NCBI RefSeq assembly: GCF_008831285.2
Contig: NC_045138.2
Location: 30,008,001 to 30,072,000, forward strand
DNA length: 64,000 nucleotides
Direction: 5' to 3'
From: Nymphaea colorata
Taxonomy: Eukaryota
The notes under the pieces were generated by a model that was not told the DNA's origin, searched no databases, and saw only the letters and a program-made list of their open reading frames with translations. How positions within the stretch are numbered: the first letter of the stretch is position 1; each line of letters starts with the position of its first letter. Of this stretch, positions 41,541-51,200 are shown in pieces. Position numbers and translations under genes: made by a program.

Positions 41541-42040
41541 ATCAGTCATACTGCTCTGTGCTTCTCATCAAGTATACCGAATGCCATCAGTTTTTACAAC
41601 TAGTTGGTGTATATCGTTTCTGCTATTTGCACAAGTTTTCTCGACTCAGGGCTGGGGATTTCTTTATCGCATGTAAATTATAGATGGATTTTCACACATT
41701 TTTTACAGCATGGAAGGATCAGACTTCCACTTCTTATTGTGATGCTTGGTTAGTTCAAGCCTTTGTATCATGTCTTTCTGTTCGTTTGAACCCTGTAGAA
41801 ACCTTAGAAGTTTGAAATTTTCATCTCTGTAACGTCTTCCATCATATCGTAGAATGGAAACAGCTTGTCGTCTTGATATGCCAATCTTGTGCAGGTTTAG
41901 GATTGGAGTTGTTCAGAGTTTGTAAACTAAGAAACGAAGAAATACTTGCACTTCACTTTTATTGTTATTGATTTTCTGGTAGCCAGGGATAACCGCCTGT
42001 CTTGGACCTCTTTCTACAACAACTTCCAGGTCTCTTCGTG

Positions 42041-42157
42041 TATTGGTTCAGCACTGACATAATCAGGCATATACATTATATTGGGTTAGCGCTAACATCA
42101 TCAGAAATCAGGCATACAAGTATATTGGTTCAGTACTAGCATCATCAGAATGCAGGC
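42041..42157. repeat. Three degenerate ~40-bp tandem units
   Basis: TATTGG(T/G)T(C/T)AG...CAT...(AT/TG)CAGGC is repeated three times. Confidence 0.7.
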
Positions 42158-42981
42158 GTGATACTTGGTTTCCTTTTTAGTAGTCTTTTTTGAAGAAAAA
42201 AAATAATAAATGGTGAGGAACCCTTGAAGAACCAAGCTATTTGAGAGACTTGCTTCTTGAAGGAATAACTTTTTGAGAAATTCTTACAAGGACATGAAAA
42301 AGCTGAAGACCCAAAGGCAGGGTGGACACTTTATCTCCCCCTATTGCATGGTTTATCCTACTTTCGCTATGCGGCAACTGAGATGGGATTCAACCATGTT
42401 ATTTTCCTTTATAGGTTGCCTACAGTCTTCGTGCTAGTGGGGAAGGAGATATCTGTAAGTAGCCAAAGCTCTTCCCCCCCCTGTCCTTAGAGTCGAGGGT
42501 TGCTTCGGGACCTAATTGGTGATTGACACACCCATCAACTAAATTGCGCACCTACTGTTTATGGTCCAGGAGAGTAGCGACTCATGGGAATACTGTAGTC
42601 TTTGTGGAAAGTGCTTAAATTCTCTTAAATGCCTGTTTTCTAGCATCAACTGACTTGTGTTTCTACCCAAGTAAAAGACAACGGCTTCTAAAAAAAAATC
42701 ACTTCACATTGGTATGATCTGAAAATGCATGGGAAATTGGGTCGATTGAATTCATTACGGTACTGCCACAACCATATCTCAACTGTTTAAATCCCCATGA
42801 AGACTACAACCATACCAGTTTCACACCTGAGATGTTCTTTCAACTCAAATAACTGAAACTGGCTACCCAAGTAAGATGCCTGCCTCTTTATGTCGAATGA
42901 AGAAGCATTACGAGCCCTACTGACAAGATGTTGTATACGGGTCTTCTTTGTTTCAATCTTGAGGTTGTACCCTCTCCCAAT

Positions 42982-43312
42982 TAGTGGTGAACACGAGTCA
43001 AGTTAGGTTGGCTTGAGCTAAGCTTGAATTGGAGCTGACCTCAAGTCCACTTGCTTCAGCTCTGCTTCAAGCTTTAGAAAGCTCAGGCCTAGGCAAGCAG
43101 AGCTCACTACAAAAAAAGATCTATGAGTAATTCGAAGGCTGTCTCATTGTACTAAAGGCAAGCTTTATGTTGGAAAGGAAAAACAAATCTTACACATGTG
43201 CTCTTAACGAGCTTAAATGGGCTCGAACTAGAGTCAGTTAGACATATCAGTCAAGCTCCCACGGAGTTCGTACGAGTCAAGATTGAGTTGCTGCTGCTCA
43301 TTCTCCAACCTA
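42982..43312. mobile_element. hAT-type MITE
   Basis: Starts TAGTGGTGAACACGAG and ends CTCATTCTCCAACCTA (imperfect TIR). Flanks CTCCCAAT (42974-42981) and CTCCCCAT (43313-43320) form an 8-bp TSD with one mismatch. Internal GAGCT/AAGCT motifs repeat. Confidence 0.72.
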
Positions 43313-43353
43313 CTCCCCATAGATAAGAATACGAGAGAAATCATAAAGGTTGG

Positions 43354-43558
43354 TTGTGTTTGTTTAACGTTGGTCTCTGTGATGATCTGAGACTAATAGG
43401 ATCTCATATATGCGGATTTAAGGTTGGATCATCTCCCTTTCAATTGGATCTTAAGTTTATGGTTTTTAACATATAACTTGGTTTTAAGATTCAAGTTATT
43501 GAGAAAGATCTTTCAAAACACACCTTTTAATACAAAGATCTGAGACCATCAAACACAA
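43354..43558. mobile_element. MITE with TTGTGTTTG...CAAACACAA terminal inverted repeat
   Basis: 9-bp perfect inverted ends and a GATCT-rich core like the family copy at 18806-19115. Confidence 0.55.
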
Positions 43559-43807
43559 TTAGATGGTTGGGACCTGAGGTTTTATAAAACGATGACACAA
43601 TATCCTCGGCACCACACTTTGACGCGTTTGCAAACATGGGACCAACCTGATATGGAAGGACCCGCGGAATCCAAAAATTTGAGGAGATTAGATTACGTTT
43701 CCGTTATCTCGAGTCGGATCAGTTCCTACTTTTGAGGCTGACGAAGAGGAGTGGAGCCAAGCGTCCAGAAAAGAGAGAGGAAGGGGCTTTTATGGAAGGG
43801 GCTGCGG

Positions 43808-43857
43808 AAACCCTAGAACGCTCTTTCTCTCCCTCTCTCCCTCGCCTTATATATAAA
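43808..43857 (+). promoter_or_regulatory. Pol II promoter of the snoRNA polycistron: telo-box and TATA box
   Basis: AAACCCTA at 43808-43815 and TATATATAAA at 43848-43857, followed by a CT-rich leader with further TTAGGGTT motifs (~43945, ~43967). Telo-boxes are typical of plant snoRNA and ribosome-biogenesis promoters. Confidence 0.7.
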
Positions 43858-44059
43858 TTGGTTCTTGTAGGCTAAGGGTCTCACCATTCTGCTCATCCTC
43901 TTCTTGTCTTCTTCCTTCCATCTCTCTGGTTTCATCCGTCTCTGTTAGGGTTACGGTTTTCATCTCATTAGGGTTCCCCATTCTCTGCGCTGTTTCTTAC
44001 TCAATTTTTATGCTTTCATCCCTCTCCGTTGCGCTCAAGGTTTTCATCTATTTAGGTCC

Positions 44060-44113
<54 letters not shown>

Positions 44114-44125
44114 GTAAGAGAAAAT

Positions 44126-44222
44126 GGGGACGATGAGGAAACGGTGAAAGGTCTCGTTCGTCGTAATGGCTATTGCGCCTTGCCGACCACTCTGAAATAT
44201 CACCACCCATATTCTGAGTCCT
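44126..44222 (+). ncRNA. Box C/D snoRNA, snoR32/R81-like (two 18S guides)
   Basis: C-box variant ACGATGA 44130-44136, D box CTGA 44214-44217, terminal GGA(C)/(G)TCC stem. Guide AGGTCTCGTTCGT (44149-44161) is antisense to 18S ACGAACGAGACCU. Guide CACCACCCATA (44201-44211) is antisense to 18S UAUGGGUGGUG. Confidence 0.85.
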
Positions 44223-44270
44223 CTCTCTCTCTCTCTCTCTCTCGCGTCTGTTTTAGGGGGTAAGTCTGAT

Positions 44271-44348
44271 GGCCGAGGATGACATCAAACAATGACAAGC
44301 ATATGTCCGAATAATCATATGTGGACTCCTAATCTTCTCTCTGAGGCC
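44271..44348 (+). ncRNA. U27: Box C/D snoRNA U27-like; guides for 18S A28 and U6 snRNA
   Basis: GGCC/GGCC terminal stem and C-box variant AGGATGA 44276-44282. D' CCGA 44307-44310 is preceded by GACAAGCATATG, antisense to 18S 5'-end CAUAUGCUUGUC (D+5 rule gives A28). D CTGA 44341-44344 is preceded by CTAATCTTCTCT, antisense to U6 AGAGAAGAUUAG. Confidence 0.9.
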
Positions 44349-44456
44349 TTTGAGACCCCCCATTCCTCTCTATCTTTTTTGTTGCATAGTGTTTTGATCT
44401 TCGTTAGCATTTATTGCCTCTAGGGTAGAAAGTAAAGGAAAGGAAGTTTTTGGAGG

Positions 44457-44535
44457 TTTCTATGATGAAATAAGGGATGTTTATGATGTCTGAAAACTTA
44501 GTGACGATCTAATCCTACTGCCTTCCTTCTGAGAA
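44457..44535 (+). ncRNA. Box C/D snoRNA guiding the 18S position equivalent to yeast A420
   Basis: C ATGATGA 44462-44468, D' CTGA 44490-44493, C' GTGACGA 44501-44507, D CTGA 44529-44532, flanking stem GGAGG-TTTC/GAA-T-CCTCC. Guide CCTACTGCCTTCCTT matches 18S AAGGAAGGCAGCAGG at 14 of 15 positions. Confidence 0.88.
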
Positions 44536-44625
44536 TCCTCCACCCGTTTTCTTCTTCGAGATTTTTCTTTTACTTTTACATTTGAACTGAGTCAATTTTT
44601 TTCTTATTTATTGTGATTTTTATCG

Positions 44626-44724
44626 TTTAGTCAGGTGATGAAGGAAAAGTGCATAGTTCAAATGATAACCTCCTTGAGGGAGTGTTGTGATTACACATCA
44701 TTTCGCCCCTATCTGATGGCTAAA
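44626..44724 (+). ncRNA. U80: Box C/D snoRNA U80 / snR60-Z15-like (two 25S guides)
   Basis: Stem TTTAGTCA/TGGCTAAA and C box GTGATGA 44635-44641. D' ATGA 44662-44665 is preceded by GCATAGTTCA, antisense to 25S UGAACUAUGC (yeast A817 equivalent). D CTGA 44713-44716 is preceded by TTTCGCCCCTAT, antisense to 25S AUAGGGGCGAAA (yeast G908 equivalent). Confidence 0.92.
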
Positions 44725-47700
44725 CCAAGTCTTTTTTGTTTCTCTTTTTTGGCTTCGTTTTGGTTCTTTTCAAACTGTGCCAAGCAAAACTCTCCAAATA
44801 GTGTTTCTTTTATTATTAATATTAATTTTTTCTTTTACAATTAATATTTCTTCTTCGTATTAATATTTTTTTGGGGCAACGTCCAGGCCAAAGAAAAGTT
44901 TTCTTCTGGTGGGCTAATATAAATGAAAAACCTCTTCAAAATTGTCCACAACAGTTCGGAGGGAGAAATGATAGTACATAGAACAACAGCCATTATGTTT
45001 AATCCTTTCTGGCAAATAATCCTGGGCATTGCATGTCAACAACGATTGATTTGGAGTAGGCAACTTGGAGATTAAACATGCAAGATTAAAAACAAAAGAA
45101 GCAAAGATTTGGCCTGAATTGAAAAAAGTAGTCAATATGAAACAAAACAAGGTGAATAAGAACCAGAATGAGAAACAATTAGACCCAAAAACATTTGAGA
45201 GATCTCAGATTCAGCCGTAAAGTGCAAAAATGACATTTGCTTCTTGCCAATGACCAACCTCAGAAGTTATCTTGATCTCCAAAAATTTGGACCTAAGGTT
45301 CATAGCATGGGCCTAAAAGCGCTTAAGTTCACTTTAGGCTTCGCTGCCTAAACTTGCAGTTGCATAACCCAGGTGCGTTATTGCCCTTTACAAATGAGAG
45401 AATACCGCTACTGATCCCATGAGTGCTTAGTTCATCTGTTGGAGGTGACTTGCTAAATCATAAGTTCAAAATTCTTAAAGAACATCATTCACTGCGATGT
45501 CCAAGCCTCTGTTTTATATAACATCTGTCGTTTCAAGGATCTTAGAAGTATGTGTTGGTCTCCTCCAATTTTAGAGATGTTGGCTTAGTTCTCTAATGCT
45601 AAAACCAAAAGAAGGGTGGAATTCATAATTAAGTGAACAATCCACTTGCAACCAAGTTCCCGACAGGTTATCAATTGTTGTAGTGGTAAGAAAAGGATGG
45701 GTAGATCAAGTTTGAATCATGCCATTCTGTCGACTGAGGCTTTTTCATGACGTCTTCTTATAGGGATTGGTAGATGCACCTTCAAATCTGAAAAATATTG
45801 TAGTTAAATGTCTCCAGATAAAAGAGCTAGACTTTTCCCTAGTGCATTCAGGTTCAGGTGTGCTGCTTACATATCTAATGACAATGGCAGTTCTGGTTGA
45901 TACAGAGGCAAGGAAACGGTAAGTTCCCTAGGACTACGTTGCCCTTGTGGAGATGCGAAGGAAAGCCTTCTTCTTTTGACTCAGGAAGAAGAGAACGTGT
46001 CAGCAACAACGAGAGAAATCTTATGTTCGTCTTCTGCTGCAATTAGGCAAGAAAGAAACAGGTGGGAACGTGTGACCGCCAACATACCCAGCGGCGGAAA
46101 TCTTGGTCTCCCCACCAGGGAAGGTCAACGGCGACTCATCAAGAATTCCCAGCATCAGAAAAGAAAAAGAAAGCACTCTTCTGCCGAAATTGATGCAGTA
46201 AGTGGGCGAAAAATGAACCTCCTACATCGGCGTGATCAGAGGCAAAACGAGTGACAATTGCGTTCATATAAGAAACATTTTTTATTGGGAACATTATTAG
46301 AACTAACTAATAATTACATATGTAATAATAACAAGAAGTTGTATAAGATCGTGCAAATCCAAAACATGGTGTATCTCAATCTACCGGAGGCTGAATACGT
46401 ATGTCTAAAGATTTTGTAACTGCTGTTGTGAAGTGGTTCGTGTTTGAGCTCTCTTTGTTTTGCTCTTTTTTCAAAAGAAAGCTATTGGGGTATAGCATCT
46501 TGAAATTTTTTACATGCCTAAGCGTATGAAACTGGTTTGCAAGTTGTTCCATTTCAGAGATTGCAAGGTACTGTTCCTGGCATCTCACAGTGACGGAAAT
46601 CACTTTTAATTACTTCAACTTGTGCAATTAACGATTTGTTCATGTCAACTCGGAAACCAATTGTTGTGGGCAATGTATGATGATTCCAATTGTAGTATGC
46701 TTTTTATTTGTGAAGAATGAGGAAGTCCGAACCTACGGATCTTGAAGAATAAATTACGAGCTTACGATCAGGGGAGAAATGCCATTAGAATCCAAAACTA
46801 GCTAGTTAACTCTGACATATTTTACCAATGAATACCTCTCAGGTGTTGTTGAAGATTAACAATTGACGGGGATTAACGCTAAAAGATCTGATGCAGGCAA
46901 CGAGAGCAATGCCAACTGAGAACCACTTTTATACACTAAATATAACTCTAAAATAAACTAGGGAGTTCATGTCAGCCAGTAAGACTATAGAATATACGCT
47001 TCGTCATTGAGAGGAAACAAGCTACATCAATGGACAAGGCCTTTACATGACTGCTTACTTTTAGCTGAATATCTCATTAAGAATAGATTGAAAATCCTTC
47101 AGGTTATTGAACTGATGATGACATCGATAGTTGATTACTTAATTGCTTATTTTTGAGAAATCTTAATCTTAATCAAATATATAGCAACAGTATGTTAAAG
47201 TTTATGCATACTATAGCATAGCTGCTTTTTTTTAGTTAGCGTGAAATAGAGATAGACGTACCTCATCTTATCTCATCTTAATTATATGCAAATCAATGAG
47301 TGAGAATTAGAAGGAAGAGCTCGACTTTTCCATTGGAGTAAGGCATCCCATCAATCGTACATTTTATTATTTTTCTTATTGTGACTAGATCAAGCAAAGT
47401 CTAATCTCTCTCACGTATGACGGAATGTGCCGATAAAATGAGAAATATATAACAAAATTTGGAGACAAAACGTCCCCTAGATACAAAAGTAATCCGCAAA
47501 AACAAAAGCAAAAAGACAAAGTAAAAAATCATGGAACATTGAAATATTAAAAAAAAATCAGACTGAAACATTGAAAGCAAAAAATCAAGGAAGATCATTT
47601 TATATCCCCATATGAATAACTTACAAGGCCTCCGAGCAAAATAGATAATTGTCCGCATCTCCTCCTGCTTGATCTTCTCTTGGACATAGTGGTAACCCTG

Positions 47701-48272
47701 TTTCGCAATTAAAAGTTTGCATTCAATTCACTTCTGTAAACTATGTGTTTCCAAACGTCAATTGAACGATTAAAGTAAAGACTTGCACGGGACTACTAAG
47801 GGACGTGGTTGACCTCCTTCGTCGCTTGACTGCTTGAGTATATTGGGCGGCATCTTTTGCCGACAAAACCTCCATGGGAGTCTCGAAAGTAGCCCAAGAT
47901 TTATAACCTTCATCACTTTATAACCAATGTTTTCTTATCTGGGGTAAATTAGGCGCAGAGGGAGATGGAAAGAGTATGCGTCATTTCTAGCAGACCATAG
48001 TTCCGAGAAGTACATCTAAGGAAGTGCACAGTTCGAGATCTGAGTCTTTCCTGCCAAGGCTTTTAGCTCCGAGTCATTTCAGCAATTCTCAGTTACCAGA
48101 ACCACAACCGATCTGCATCACACGGTGTTGCTCACCGATAGGCATTCAAATCCCCGTCTTTTCTAGCTTCCTCAGTAATCCACTTCAATAAATTCTTGGC
48201 AGTGGCTTGTTCAACACCCAGATAGGAGCTTCTCTTCTCATTCATTATCCCGTTGGTTTTCCCCTCTCCACC

Positions 48273-51200
48273 ATGTCTTCGAAAAGCAGACTCAGATTTA
48301 TGTCCATTGGCTTCTTCCTTTTTATTCTACTGAGTACCCCTCTTCTGATCAAGGCCAACGAATCAGAAGTCGGTGACGAAGACTTGGATGGCCTTGAAGA
48401 ACTTTTGGCGGCAGAGAAAGAAGAGGAAGAGGCACTGAAGGATCAGGGAGACAAATTTAGCGAGGCAGAGATTGTTAAAAGAGCCCAGGCGATAGTCGTG
48501 GAGCTGAACAACGATAATACTGAGAGAATTGTGGGGAGCAATGAGTATGTCTTGGTGATGGGATATGCAACATGGTGTGCAAGAAGTGCAGAACTGATGC
48601 CCCACTTTGCTCAGGCAGCAAATTCTCTCAAGGAAATGGGTAGTTCTCTCGTTTTGGCAAAGGTGGACGCAGAGCGCTATTCGAAAGCTGCCACTTTCTT
48701 GGGTGTCAAGGGTTTCCCAACCTTGCTTCTGTTTGTCAATGGAACGGCTCAGCCTTACACTGGAGGCTTCACAGGGTACTTGTTCTTTCTCATGCTTTTG
48801 GGTGCATATGGTTACATTTGGTGGTTCATTCTCATTAATCAGTCGAAGCATCTTTCTGTAAATTGTGATGAATCAGATTCTCAAAATTTGTGCTGGCTCT
48901 CACATTTTTTGTTTTTCAGATGAATTAGATGCCTGAATTTCCTTTCTGAATCTGATTTTATTCTGCTGCTCATGATGAACTGGTTGCTTAACTACCTTTT
49001 TTCGATCTGTTGTCTTCTGCTGCTCGTGCTAGATTCCTACATTTCAGTGTCTCTCTGGCACGTAGTCCATAAGTTATTTGATCAATAAAAGGCTGCCAAT
49101 AGATGGAGTTGAAAGGAATCTGAATTGGTTTTTCAGATGGTAATATACACACTCTTTCATTTGTGAGGGTGGAGGAAGTTACAGATTTTATGCATGCAAT
49201 CGTCTCCAGATGGTGCATGCTGATTCCATGGGATGCCTTTTTCCCCTCAGAAAGTGGTTCGTGTTTTTCCTAGAAATAATTTTGAAGGCGCTGGGACATG
49301 TTTATGTGATTTCAATTCTTGAAAGCAGTTAAAAGATTCTGGATGCAAGTAAGAACCATTAAAATTCTTTTTTCTAAAGGAACCCACTATTGTAAGGAAG
49401 CATTTTGTTTTTCCCTTTCCAATGATCGACATCAAAAGTGTGTTTACCTAGAATGAGTTAGTAAATATATATAAGAGATGAATGGCTGGCAGTTCCTAAA
49501 GCGTAAAACTAATTATTGCATTTAGCCAAAAAATCTAATGCAGCAAAAGTTGCATGACTTGGGTTCCTGACATTGTATTTATGGAAAGTAGAACAGATAG
49601 AACACGTAACTTATTTAAAGATCTCATTTTTCTGAACTGTAAAATCCATCCTCCTTTCTGTGTAATCTTAGTGGTCTATGGCTTGGTTACTGATGCAGGT
49701 GAGCTTAGTGGCATTATTTCAAGCTCTCATTTTTATTTTTGTATTCGTTAATTCTTCATATTCCTTTCATGCTGTTATCCAGAACCATGGCATGCCATGA
49801 AATGAGGTCAAAATAGGAAAAAGTTGTATTATTATTGGGTAGGTGATGGGCAAATAGCAGTATAGCACAACTAAAATTTCATCTAAATTAGAGCCAAAGA
49901 AATGGTAATATTATCTTCTTGTTACTAGTGAAATTTAGGCCTACTATGAACTTGAAAATTTTGCTAATTTTATGTGAGGTTTAGGTACTTGATGAATATC
50001 ATTCCTAAATGCTACTATGCTAATCTGACAATGTAACTTGGTCTGCCACTGAAGCCAGGACTGATGTCTAAGTAATGTAGTATTTCATTCTGTATGATGG
50101 GATCCTGTCTAAATGGTGCTAACATGTAGCTCTTGGTATTGTTTGTAAAATTGTTGTGGTTGTTTCCAAAGTTACTCAATGCTTACCATGTTACTTGTGA
50201 GGATCGTATTCTCCAATTGGCAAACAATAATTTGTCCTCAAGAAGAGTATCTATACTTCAGGAAATAGTTGAGCATTGCCTCCTATTGACTTTTGTTGTT
50301 GACCAGGGAGGAATTGGTGATATGGGCAACAAAGAAAACAGGTGCACCAGTTGTTAGACTATCATCTAAGGTTGAGGCCCAAAAGTTCCTAAACAAGCAC
50401 CAGACATTTGTCATTGGCTTATTTGAGAACTTTGAGGTATGAAATTATTGTTTCTTACTTTCTTTCACTCAAAATTAGCTGTATGAAGCTTATCCCAAGC
50501 CTAATTTCTTTATTTGATTTGGTTTCAAAACCCACATTAGCAAAATGAGTAACCAATGGGGCCTGCTGCCAACTAGTGAACATGTTTATGATTTTTAAGA
50601 ATTAGTCTTAGGAATTGATTGAAAACATGCATAGGATTCCAGCCTGATATAAATATGATCAGGTTTTGGCGACAATAAAATGGTAGCAAGAGGGCAGCTA
50701 GGATGCTCCTGGCACAACAAAGGAGAGTCCTTGACTTGTAATGATGCATAAAATGTCTGGCAACTTGAAATGATTGTCAGAAGGATTACTTTAACATGTT
50801 CATCCCTGACCTTTGACTGCAACATGCACTGAATCCTCCTTTTGGTCATGGATTTAGAATTTGAATTTGGTGCTAAAATGATGGAATTTTTTAGTAAATT
50901 TTGTTCCTTCTGTACCCTATGTTCTTTCCTGTCCTCTGTGAATTAGAAATTGATGAAGTGTATTTTTTTTTTCCTGTTTCTTTTTCCGTCAAAGAGTGTT
51001 TAATATAGCACTTCAAGCAAGCTTTCTTGAGTGGCGTATAGCAAATTATTTTTTCCTTGAGCATGATTGTTATAAATTCTAATACTTCTCATTGTTCTAA
51101 AAACAGTTTTGCTAAATGCTAAAAAGGCAGACATATAGAATAGCATGGTGTAGAAAGACACGGACCGTCCATGACTTAATATGCACTTATTGGATGATGA

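Noticed and set aside
45976..46603. Short ORFs between the snoRNA cluster and PDI
   Set aside because: They have non-ATG starts, no domain similarity and no supporting exon structure.
48363..48851. 162-aa - strand ORF
   Set aside because: It is antisense to PDI exon 1 and has no recognisable motif.
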